Source of the DNA: Marine Group II euryarchaeote MED-G37
GTDB taxonomy: Archaea; Thermoplasmatota; Poseidoniia; Poseidoniales; Thalassarchaeaceae
Reading direction: 5' to 3'
Length of the DNA stretch: 64,000 nt
Assembly: GCA_002457555.1 (NCBI GenBank)
Contig: NTJQ01000002.1
Span: 64,122 to 128,121 of the forward strand
Within the stretch, counting starts at the first letter, position 1. Every line of letters begins with the position of its first letter. The notes beneath the pieces were generated by a model. It ran no database searches. It had not been told where the DNA came from and saw only the letters and a list, made by a program, of their open reading frames with translations. This document shows, in pieces, positions 19,162 to 27,286 of this stretch. The position numbers and the translations under genes are program-made.

Positions 19162-19249
19162 TTTCTATCTATCGAATTAATCGAATCCATCTTTTCGAAG
19201 GGGATTACTGAATAAGTAGTAGACCCTCGGCATTTCTGAGGTATGAGGA

Positions 19250-19708
19250 ATGGAGGATTCGTTCACTGGAATCGTCGATGTAGGGTCAAAACCAATTATC
19301 GCTCGGGAAGCTGTTGCTACAGGTGTCCTTAGACTATCACCAGAAAGCTTGGATATTGTGAAAAACGGTCGCTCTCTAAAAGGAGATGTTCGAGAAGCAT
19401 CCACAGTCGCGGTAATTCAAGCTGTAAAAGAAACACCTCGTGTTCTCCCCCATTGCCACCCTATACCAATTGAAGGATGCACAGTCGATTGGTCCGTTGA
19501 TGATGAATTTTTGAGGTGTACCGTTTCCGTACGTACACACTGGACAACCGGTGTTGAAATGGAGGCTTTATGCGGAGTTAATGCTGGCCTATTGTGTGCT
19601 TGGGACATGCTAAAATCGGTGGAAAAAGATGCTAATGGTCAATATCCAGCCGCTCAGATAGACGGAGTAAGGGTTCTCAGAAAGAGCAAGGGCGACCCGC
19701 ATGATTGA
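19250..19708 (+). CDS. moaC: Cyclic pyranopterin monophosphate synthase MoaC
   Basis: The blocks VDVGSKP, KGDV, IPLCHP-like LPHCHPIP and TGVEMEAL match the family. Confidence 0.85.
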   Translation: MEDSFTGIVDVGSKPIIAREAVATGVLRLSPESLDIVKNGRSLKGDVREASTVAVIQAVKETPRVLPHCHPIPIEGCTVDWSVDDEFLRCTVSVRTHWTTGVEMEALCGVNAGLLCAWDMLKSVEKDANGQYPAAQIDGVRVLRKSKGDPHD

Positions 19709-19733
19709 AGGCTGAACGCTATTCGAGGTCTTC

Positions 19734-20687
19734 ATGGCGACCATCGATTTAGAGATTCATTTTCTTGCCGCGACCGAAGCCGCTGCTATTGCAGCGGCCG
19801 CATGGCGAGGCAAGGGAGACGGTAAAGCCGCTGATGGTGCAGCAGTAGAAGCCATGAGAGCAATCTTTGATCAGGTTCCATTCGATGGCAGGGTTGCCAT
19901 AGGAGAAGGAGAGCGAGATGATGCCCCGATGTTGTGGATTGGAGAGCCACTCGGGTCTATGCAAGGTAACCCAGATGTCCCCTCTATAGATATTGCAGTA
20001 GACCCTCTAGAATGCACAAATCACGTGGCACTTGACCTACCAAATGCAATGGCGGTCCTTGCTGCAGCACCACGTGGAACTCTACTTCATGCACCAGATT
20101 GTTACATGAACAAGATTGCCGGACCCGCTGAGTTAGAGGGTGTAATCAGTCTCGATGCTTCGACTGCATACAATGTTGAGGCCGCTGCCGCAGCCTTGGG
20201 AAAGAAGGAGTCTGAACTCAACATCGTTGTAATGGATAGACCTCGGCATGAGAAACTTATTGCTGAATTAAATCAATATAATGTAAATGTTGTATTAATC
20301 GGGGATGGAGATGTTTCAGCGGCGCTAAACGCCGCCGATCCCAAATCGGAAATAGATATGCTAATGGGAATTGGGGCTGCTCCAGAGGGGGTAATCACAG
20401 CCACTGCTTTGAGAGGTTTATGCGCTCCATTCGAGGGGCGACTTGTGTTCAAGAATGAGGGGCATAGGGAGCGCGCTGAAGCGATGATTGATGGCGACAT
20501 AGAGAGGCTTTGGGGTAGAGATGAACTCTGCGCTAGCGAAGATGCAGTATTCATTGGAACTGGAGTTTGTCCAGGTAGAACCTTCGGAGTTGAAGAATTG
20601 TCAGATGGTCGATTTTCAGTCCAATCGGAGGTTATTGATGTAGCAAGTGGCAATCACAAGTTCGTCGATAACATACGCTCAGCATGA
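19734..20687 (+). CDS. glpX: Class II fructose-1,6-bisphosphatase (GlpX type)
   Basis: The blocks ATEAAAIAAAAWRGKGDGKAADGAAVEAMR, IGEGERDDAPML, VDPLECTN and GIGAAPEGV match the family. Confidence 0.85.
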   Translation: MATIDLEIHFLAATEAAAIAAAAWRGKGDGKAADGAAVEAMRAIFDQVPFDGRVAIGEGERDDAPMLWIGEPLGSMQGNPDVPSIDIAVDPLECTNHVALDLPNAMAVLAAAPRGTLLHAPDCYMNKIAGPAELEGVISLDASTAYNVEAAAAALGKKESELNIVVMDRPRHEKLIAELNQYNVNVVLIGDGDVSAALNAADPKSEIDMLMGIGAAPEGVITATALRGLCAPFEGRLVFKNEGHRERAEAMIDGDIERLWGRDELCASEDAVFIGTGVCPGRTFGVEELSDGRFSVQSEVIDVASGNHKFVDNIRSA

Positions 20688-20756
20688 AGTAAATTCCATA
20701 CTTTCCCATCAAAGGATTCTTTGCCTAATCCCACCACGTCCGGTCGAGGTTCGACA

Positions 20757-21767
20757 ATGGACACCGAACTACTTGAAAAAACAGCGAGAGAACTTGTAGC
20801 GCCTGGGAGAGGGATTCTGGCCGCGGATGAGAGCAACGGAACAATGTCAAACAGACTCGAGGCAGTGGGGGTCGGGCCATCCCCGGAAACTCGTCGGGCT
20901 TACCGGGCAAACATCTTCTCCACACCTGAATACGAATCTGCCATTAGTGGTGTGATACTCTTTGATGAGACCATTCGTCAAAAAATGGATGACGGTACGC
21001 CAATACCCGAATATCTTGCAAGTCGCGGAATCCACCCTGGAATCAAAGTAGACACAGGGGCTAAGGAATTGGCCCATCATTCTGGCGAGAAAGTCACGGA
21101 AGGATTGGACGGACTACGTGAGAGGTGCATGGAGTACTTCGCTATGGGTGCTAGATTTGCAAAATGGCGAGCAGTAATTCGAATTGGAGATGGGATGCCC
21201 AGTGAGGCAAATATTTCTACAAATGCACATGCTCTTGCTAGATATGCTGCGATTTGCCAGGAACAGGGCTTGGTTCCAATAATAGAGCCAGAAGTGTTGA
21301 TGGACGGTAACCACGACTCACAAACATGTTTCGAGATTACCGCAAGAATTCTCGATAGTACCTTTGCAGAGTGTAAAGCCCAGGGCGTCCACATCCCTGG
21401 GGCTTTACTCAAGCCAAACATGGTCCTACCTGGAAAATCCTGTCGAGATCAAGGAACTAGAGAAAAGGCAGCACAAATGACAGTCGATTGCCTTACCGCA
21501 CATGTACCACACGAGATTCCAGGTATTGTATTCCTCTCTGGCGGTCAGTCAGATGAAGATGCAACAGCACATCTCAATTTGATGAATGGTATGGCCGTCG
21601 AACATCCTTGGCAATTATCTTATTCTTATGGTAGGGCCCTGCTAGCGCACGCTTTACAGACTTGGTCAAGCGGTTCAAATGAAGAGAGTCAAAATGCATT
21701 TGCTCACAGAGCGGCAATGAACAGTCTAGCTCGTAGCGGCGACTGGTCTACGGAATTAGAAGCCTGA
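20757..21767 (+). CDS. Class I fructose-bisphosphate aldolase (eukaryote/bacterial type)
   Basis: GILAADESNGTMSNRL is present, with the Schiff-base region LLKPNMV and the blocks FLSGGQS and SYSYGRAL. I chose the ATG at 20757 (MDTELLEK) over the track's TTG. Confidence 0.85.
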   Translation: MDTELLEKTARELVAPGRGILAADESNGTMSNRLEAVGVGPSPETRRAYRANIFSTPEYESAISGVILFDETIRQKMDDGTPIPEYLASRGIHPGIKVDTGAKELAHHSGEKVTEGLDGLRERCMEYFAMGARFAKWRAVIRIGDGMPSEANISTNAHALARYAAICQEQGLVPIIEPEVLMDGNHDSQTCFEITARILDSTFAECKAQGVHIPGALLKPNMVLPGKSCRDQGTREKAAQMTVDCLTAHVPHEIPGIVFLSGGQSDEDATAHLNLMNGMAVEHPWQLSYSYGRALLAHALQTWSSGSNEESQNAFAHRAAMNSLARSGDWSTELEA

Positions 21768-21783
21768 TTACCAAGGCTTAACT

Positions 21784-22038
21784 TCAATTCTCGCCGTCTA
21801 AAACTCCAGGTTTCAATGTCCAAACACAAATTTCGTAACGGCCGGAGAGTGCGCCGCCACGCTTTGTTGTGGCAATCTTGAGTATGTCCCTGTCCTTTGA
21901 TAGAACGTTTCCAAGTTGTTGAGGTGTTGTTCCATGCCTCATGGTGGAGTTTACGTGTTCGAGGATTTCTGTGGTATTTGCCTCTCCTCGATCGTTTAGG
22001 AATTTCTTTATTTTTTGCCGTAGTCTTGTTGTTCGCAT
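21784..22038 (-). CDS. Small winged-helix-like protein (paralog of 22043-22321)
   Basis: The pattern LRQKIKKFLNDRGEANTTEILEHV....LGNVLSKDRDILKI parallels the upstream paralog. I chose the start at M18 (ATG 22038), 4 nt after the upstream stop. Alternative starts at 22071 or 22089 would overlap that gene. Confidence 0.5.
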   Translation of the reverse strand: MRTTRLRQKIKKFLNDRGEANTTEILEHVNSTMRHGTTPQQLGNVLSKDRDILKIATTKRGGALSGRYEICVWTLKPGVLDGEN

Positions 22039-22042
22039 TTTT

Positions 22043-22321
22043 TCATCTCTCCTTTTTTTGCCCGGACTCATTTCTCTGATGATGTTCAATCCAACTATTG
22101 GATGCCCATTCCGACACAGGTGATTCAGCCAGCCTCATTCCACTCTTACGAACAGTACCTATTCGGGCGATATGATCGTCCGATTCTAGGATTCTCGTTA
22201 TGTCCGAAGGGCTGTTTTCAGAATCTATCTGATTAGCTAGCCAAACAGAAATCTCGATTGTATTTCGCGGTCGCTCTGAGAGATATTTTCGAATCAGTTC
22301 ACGCAGGTTCTGCGAGTCCAT
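22043..22321 (-). CDS. Small winged-helix-like protein
   Basis: The 92-aa protein has LRELIRKYLSERPRNTIEISVWL....ITRILESDDHIARIG (helix-turn-helix plus wing pattern) and a basic tail. Confidence 0.5.
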   Translation of the reverse strand: MDSQNLRELIRKYLSERPRNTIEISVWLANQIDSENSPSDITRILESDDHIARIGTVRKSGMRLAESPVSEWASNSWIEHHQRNESGQKKER

Positions 22322-22580
22322 TTCTGTCTATTCCTCCAAGTCAAACCGACCCCATATCGAGTCCGTTACCGACAGGACGGCAGGCGTTGATATAACAGTT
22401 CTGCACCTCACAGCCTCTCTTCGTTACAAATAGTTGCACAGAACCGGCTAGATTTCACAATCAAAGTCGGTGCAAAAATAAAAGTGTTACTTTTTCCATC
22501 AGAAATGTGTAATGAAATGTAACTAAAAAGGATAATTTAAGTAGGGGAGTCGAACTAATTGAATTAGGAGAGGGCAATTA
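22322..22580. promoter_or_regulatory. Divergent promoter/operator region between the small wHTH pair and the 872-aa wHTH gene
   Basis: This 259-nt gap is unusually long for the window and becomes AT-rich toward 22460-22560. It holds GTTCTGCAC (22398-22406) facing TGCACAGAAC (22435-22444), a GAAATGT direct repeat at 22502 and 22514, and a TATA-like ATAATTTAAG about 40 nt upstream of the GTG at 22581. Confidence 0.45.
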
Positions 22581-25199
22581 GTGTCGGATGAACCACAAAT
22601 CGTTGAATCGTCTTCCGATTCCCCTGTTCTCAAGAGAATTCGTAGTGCACACCGTCGTAGATTGCTAGATCGATTAACAGACGGTGGGACAACAGTCAGT
22701 ATTCTCGCTCGCGATACAGGATTGAGAATCCCCCACGCTTCTGCTGAACTAAGAAGGATGAGAAACGACGGACTGGTCGCAAGTGACCAGGCAGCGGGTG
22801 CACGTGGTGCACGTCTACATCTTACGCAATCTGGTTGGGAGGCAATACGTTCAGACGAATTGGCGAGGGCAATTCAGGCACTGCCATTACCTCCCCCTTC
22901 TGACAATTATTGCTTACTTGCTAGAGATGGGGAAAATATTCTGTTGGGGCTTCTTGCCCCTATAGGCTCTCCACTTGTTCTAATCCCTGACCGCCCTTCG
23001 AGAAGATCAGTTGGCGAAGGACCTTCCACAGGAACCGAAGGGGTCTCATGGACTTGGGCGGTCTTGAGAGAGAGATCTCCGAGGTGGTTTGATTTAACCA
23101 ATATGGAAATGTTACTAGAACCTCCCTCAACTCATAATCCAGAAACCATTTCATCCTATGTTGGAGAAAATCATACCCTTGGAATAGTTAGAGCACGATT
23201 AGTAGATCCAGATAGACCGGTAGCACTGGCTCCTGGGATTTGGTTTGAATCTCCATCACGTCGTCCGGATCCTCCTCTCCCAGAAGTTAGCCACCACAGA
23301 GGAGCATGGATTCTTGGCAATTGCCATAACCAATCACCGGATATTCGGCCAAAAGACCCGGTATCTGCAGTTATGGAAGAAAGGTTACCTCGGAGCATGC
23401 TTCTGCGAACTGCTAGATCCAACGCAATGGTAATTGCGGATTTGGGAGGATTAGATTCTGATGGCCAGGATTATCCGATTTCTTGTTTGGATTCATGGAT
23501 AAATCGAGCACATCCCCGATTACCCCCTTCTGAAAGACGTCGTAGGCTGAATAGTTTGAGGGAACGCTTGACTTCTACCCGAAGAGTCAGAACTGAGGAA
23601 TCAACTTGGCGACGCTTTAGGAAGGATTGGAAGGACGCAACTTTCTCCACAGAAGAAAGCGGATTGAGGTTTTTTGATACCCGTGGCTTATCAACCACGG
23701 CAGCGACTTCGTTAATTGAATGGGCAGTATCCGAGCAAGATAGACCCCCGTTAGTTCTAGAAATTCCAGATACAATCCCTGATGACATCCTTAGCGCTGT
23801 AATTTCTCATCCCAACTTGAGATTAACACTTTCATCTCAACCTCGCAGGTCGCTAGAAATTTTCGATCAACTTATTGTAGACCCACTAAGACCTCTACCT
23901 TGGCTAAGGCTCCGTACTCTTGGTGGTAGAGATATGCCTGTGCGATTGGTAGACCCCGTGCCTACAGCACCTGAAGTAACTGAGGGCGAGGTAGTGGCAC
24001 CTTCTCCATGGATCATCTTAGGTTTAGAAGATGAAAAACCCTCAGGCAGGATAGAGGTTTCATCAATGATAGGTTCAGCAGTTGCACAATTCCCCGAAGG
24101 AAATGAAGATTGGTCGAACATGATGGAGGCGAGTTATCCAATAGCCGCTTGGATTGCATCTCCTCCAAAGACACGATGGCATCGTTGGCAGAGATTACGG
24201 TCCAGACTTGATTCTGAATGGATCGCCCTACTGGATTTGGAATATTTACCACTTGAGAGGCTTGCAGAAGTAGCTGATGAAGCACCTCCAAGAGTATTGG
24301 AGATTTTTGCTGATAAACTTCGCTCACTTCTTCACAATGATTCTGAAATAGCCCTTCGTACACGCCCAGCCACCGATCCAACAAATGCATCTCCAGGTGC
24401 CTCTTGGGTCGCAGCCCAGCTTCTCAGTAATGCAGCATGGTTGCCCGAAGATATGCAGGAGGACCTTATCCGCTGGGCATTGGAGGCTTGGCTTGTACAT
24501 CCACCAAGTAATTCTCTAGCCGCCCTTCAATCCGTTGATTGGATTTACACAAGTCAGCAGGCCGATGTGACTAGTTATGGTCCTGTTTTGCAAGGGATTT
24601 TGAGAAGGGCAAATGAATTCCCCATCGACCACGACCTCAAGATATGGTCTTTATTGGTAGAAATAATTCGCGATTCCAAAAAACTGCAGATAGAAGACTT
24701 GGAACTCATAATTGCCAATTTACCATTAGACTGGTGGGCTTTATTGGCTCCTGAGTTATTGACTAATCTTCTATCTGAGGAATCTTCTCTGGATTGGTTG
24801 TTTGATAATCCAATACCTTGGAGTGCTGCAATCCTAAGGCCAAAAGGCGAATCTAGTGGTGCACCAGGGCTAAGTGATAGGTATCACCCTGGATGTAGCC
24901 CTGAAATTCGTAACTCGCTTGCTAGAAGACTTAGGTCAAGGAGTGAAAGAGGAACCTTACCAGAAAGTGCGGCCCCACTTCTTGACCTGATGGAATCGCT
25001 TGATACAGTTCTAGAGGGGGGGTCACCAACTACCGGTAGAACTCACCCAATGGTTGGTTGGTTAGCCCAACCACTCGAGAAATGGCCACCAATCAGTAAT
25101 GAGGTCGCAATGCAAGGTGATTCCTATATTTCTGAGAGAATCATATTACGGACTTCCGGTTATCATGAGGGATTATCCGGTGCACAAAGTCAATTGTGA
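22581..25199 (+). CDS. Large hypothetical protein with an N-terminal winged-helix (ArsR/MarR-like) domain
   Basis: The GTG start is preceded by AGGAG. The N-terminus LLDRLTDGGTTVSILARDTGLRIPHASAELRRMRNDGLVAS has an HTH pattern. I recognise no family in the remaining ~780 aa, which are Trp/Arg/Leu-rich and helical toward the C-terminus. Confidence 0.6.
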   Translation: MSDEPQIVESSSDSPVLKRIRSAHRRRLLDRLTDGGTTVSILARDTGLRIPHASAELRRMRNDGLVASDQAAGARGARLHLTQSGWEAIRSDELARAIQALPLPPPSDNYCLLARDGENILLGLLAPIGSPLVLIPDRPSRRSVGEGPSTGTEGVSWTWAVLRERSPRWFDLTNMEMLLEPPSTHNPETISSYVGENHTLGIVRARLVDPDRPVALAPGIWFESPSRRPDPPLPEVSHHRGAWILGNCHNQSPDIRPKDPVSAVMEERLPRSMLLRTARSNAMVIADLGGLDSDGQDYPISCLDSWINRAHPRLPPSERRRRLNSLRERLTSTRRVRTEESTWRRFRKDWKDATFSTEESGLRFFDTRGLSTTAATSLIEWAVSEQDRPPLVLEIPDTIPDDILSAVISHPNLRLTLSSQPRRSLEIFDQLIVDPLRPLPWLRLRTLGGRDMPVRLVDPVPTAPEVTEGEVVAPSPWIILGLEDEKPSGRIEVSSMIGSAVAQFPEGNEDWSNMMEASYPIAAWIASPPKTRWHRWQRLRSRLDSEWIALLDLEYLPLERLAEVADEAPPRVLEIFADKLRSLLHNDSEIALRTRPATDPTNASPGASWVAAQLLSNAAWLPEDMQEDLIRWALEAWLVHPPSNSLAALQSVDWIYTSQQADVTSYGPVLQGILRRANEFPIDHDLKIWSLLVEIIRDSKKLQIEDLELIIANLPLDWWALLAPELLTNLLSEESSLDWLFDNPIPWSAAILRPKGESSGAPGLSDRYHPGCSPEIRNSLARRLRSRSERGTLPESAAPLLDLMESLDTVLEGGSPTTGRTHPMVGWLAQPLEKWPPISNEVAMQGDSYISERIILRTSGYHEGLSGAQSQL

Positions 25200-25201
25200 T
25201 A

Positions 25202-25233
25202 AAAATTAGTGAAATAGTCAAAATTAGTGAAAT
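25202..25233 (+). repeat. Perfect 14-nt direct repeat AAAATTAGTGAAAT x2 (18-nt period)
   Basis: The copies lie at 25202-25215 and 25220-25233 and are flanked by GTGAT (25196-25200) and ATCAC (25235-25239). A partial inverted copy CTAATTTC lies at 25251-25258. The repeat sits immediately upstream of the GC-rich ncRNA. Confidence 0.9.
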
Positions 25234-25261
25234 TATCACTCTTTTCTATTCTAATTTCTAT

Positions 25262-25593
25262 GCGAGGGGTTCATCAAGGAACCCCATGACCCAGCGATGC
25301 CCGACCGGCAACACCGTGCCGACGAAAGCCCCACGCCGGAGTTAGTAGGATGAATCACGGTACCACGGAACGGGATTTACCGTATGTCGAAGACCGACGT
25401 GACCCACTGCTGGGGAATGATCTTCGGTGCAAAACATGCGGTCGGATTGTGATGGGTCCCCGGATGACCGAGAACGGAAGAGACCGGAATGACTTACGGG
25501 ACAACCCCACAGTCCAACAGACGTCCCGGGGTGGGTCAGGTGCCCGAGCATCGCTATGAAAGTCACCGTTACGCCCCGGGGCACACACTTTTT
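25262..25593 (+). ncRNA. Structured GC-rich ncRNA, possibly RNase P RNA (boundaries approximate)
   Basis: The island is about 55-62% G+C, by my count of two 60-nt lines, against about 20% in the 60 nt upstream. Only short overlapping ORFs on both strands cover it. It has a 5' hairpin GGGGTTC/GAACCCC (25266-25285), long-range pairing AGCGATGC (25293-25300) with GCATCGCT (25548-25555), and several local helices. It ends with GCCCCGGGGC followed by T5 (25589-25593). Motifs in RNase-P-like order are GACGAAAGCCCC, GGTGCAAAACATGCGGT, ACAACCCCAC and AACAGAC. Confidence 0.55.
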
Positions 25594-25631
25594 CCAAAGG
25601 TCTCAAGACTTGATACACTGGGTGGTTAACG

Positions 25632-26645
25632 ATGCACTCACTAGGACTGGTTGGCGGAACTTTCGATCGCTTCCATGCTGGGCATAGGGCACTGATTGAG
25701 TATGGACTCTCAAATTGTGAAAGACTTGAGGTATGGTTAACCAGCGATCAAATAGCTCAGACAAAAGACCCTCGAATCGAATCATGGTCTGAAAGATCAC
25801 TAAAATTTGTCGAATCTATTGGTGAAAAATCCTCTCAAATCTCTATTCATTTACTTGAAGACGAAGATGGACCTGCACCTTGGCACGAAAATGCTACAGC
25901 AATATTGTGCACACCAGAAACAGCATTGGGTTGCCAGAGAATTAATCAAGCGCGAGAGAGTAATGGCTTAGCCCCTCTTGAAATTCTCAAGGTCGAGCAT
26001 GTAATCGGTCACGCTGGCAAACCAATTTCTAGTTCTAGGATCCGCCAGGGTGAGATAGACAAAGATGGTCAATCCTATCTTCCGGCGAATGTGGGAGAAG
26101 CCGATTTTATCTTGACAAAAGAGGTCGAAGCTAATCTCAAAGATCCATTCGGTGAATTGTTTGAGGGCCCAGAGGAAGATACAGGCGTAGCAATACGCGC
26201 CGTTTTAGAAGAAATATTTGGTAGCCACGGCCCAATTATCGCAGTTGGAGATGTCACGGTCAAAGCCTTGCAAGATTTCGGAAGTCCAGCTGATATCGCT
26301 TTAATCGATGGTAAAACTAAGCGGCAGAAATGGGAAGAAGCTTCTACAATCGATACATCTCTTTACGATGAAAGACTCACCTGTAAGAATCCAGCTGGTC
26401 AATTAAATACCGATTTATTCCATGCTTGTGCAGGTGCATTAGAAGCTTGGAGCAATGAAAGAAAGACCACTTTAATCGATGTAGACGGCGAAGAAGATCT
26501 TGCACCTTTACTTCTCCATCCAATGGCCCCGTTGGGTGCTGTCGTCCTCTACGGACAGCCAAACCGAGGAGTCGTACTTCGGTGGACTGGCTCTGATTCC
26601 AAATCGCGCTGTCGAGAACTTCTAGCAGCAATGGATAGAGCTTGA
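25632..26645 (+). CDS. Bifunctional CoA biosynthesis protein: archaeal phosphopantetheine adenylyltransferase fused to a DUF359-type (GTP-dependent) dephospho-CoA kinase
   Basis: The N-terminal half has GGTFDRFHAGH (the HxGH nucleotidyltransferase motif) and ISSSRIRQGEID. The C-terminal half has IIAVGDVT, IALIDGKTKR, NPAGQL, VDGEEDLAPL and LYGQPNRGVV, which are typical of DUF359/COG1909. Confidence 0.75.
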   Translation: MHSLGLVGGTFDRFHAGHRALIEYGLSNCERLEVWLTSDQIAQTKDPRIESWSERSLKFVESIGEKSSQISIHLLEDEDGPAPWHENATAILCTPETALGCQRINQARESNGLAPLEILKVEHVIGHAGKPISSSRIRQGEIDKDGQSYLPANVGEADFILTKEVEANLKDPFGELFEGPEEDTGVAIRAVLEEIFGSHGPIIAVGDVTVKALQDFGSPADIALIDGKTKRQKWEEASTIDTSLYDERLTCKNPAGQLNTDLFHACAGALEAWSNERKTTLIDVDGEEDLAPLLLHPMAPLGAVVLYGQPNRGVVLRWTGSDSKSRCRELLAAMDRA

Positions 26646-26653
26646 GATGAATC

Positions 26654-27184
26654 TCAAGATTCGGCCTTATCCAAGATATTTAGGCCAAAACCGAACATGA
26701 ACAGAGTTGTAGTAACAGCGTATACTCCAACGTCCACCCAACCGGTGTAAAGTGCTGACCAAGAAAGATAGAACACAATCCCAGACACAATCATCCAATC
26801 TGCAACAGTCTTTCTAATTCCATGTTCACCTGAAAATAGGCCAGACATACAGGTTGGAAGGCCTTTGATTGCAGAAATAGTACCACCTTCGACGGCTTTA
26901 TTCATTCCTAAATGACCCAAACTGACCAAGATAACCCCTAGAATCCCGAAGGCAATATCGTCGACTACAACTGAGATTTCATCGTGGTCGGTATATACAT
27001 CACCGAGAGATCCATTGCTGAGGAATCCAAGCCATAGTGCCTTGAATCCTGGAGAATATGCACCAACTGTAACGTTGACAATCGTGAGTAATAGAACCCA
27101 TCCTCCTAGCAGTAGCATAGCTGTCGAAGCTGTTCTACTTGGGCGTGTTAGCGCCGAGTACCAGTCGTTGTCAGAGAGCGACAT
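26654..27184 (-). CDS. Hypothetical integral membrane protein
   Basis: The 176-aa protein has 4-5 hydrophobic helices. I recognise no family. Confidence 0.5.
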   Translation of the reverse strand: MSLSDNDWYSALTRPSRTASTAMLLLGGWVLLLTIVNVTVGAYSPGFKALWLGFLSNGSLGDVYTDHDEISVVVDDIAFGILGVILVSLGHLGMNKAVEGGTISAIKGLPTCMSGLFSGEHGIRKTVADWMIVSGIVFYLSWSALYTGWVDVGVYAVTTTLFMFGFGLNILDKAES

Positions 27185-27286
27185 CGAGTGCGGCGACCCG
27201 AGAACTCGGTTTAACCGTTGAGGCCCTAAAGGGCCTCGATATTTCTAGCAGAATAGGTCAAGAAAACCATCGAAAAGTGAATTTTC

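Noticed and set aside
25262-25593. SRP (7S) RNA as the identity of the GC-rich RNA
   Set aside because: I could not find the helix-8 signature (a GNAR-capped stem with ..GGAAGGGAGCA..-type loops) or the Alu-domain motifs. The only resemblance, GGTCAGGT, lies in the 3' closing region rather than in an internal hairpin. A covariance-model search is still needed to exclude it formally.
25342-25618. Three overlapping ORFs (25342-25584 minus, 25350-25559 plus, 25355-25618 minus)
   Set aside because: They lie in the GC-rich island, overlap one another on both strands, are Arg/Gly/Pro-rich and differ in composition from the acidic proteome. A structured RNA explains the region better.
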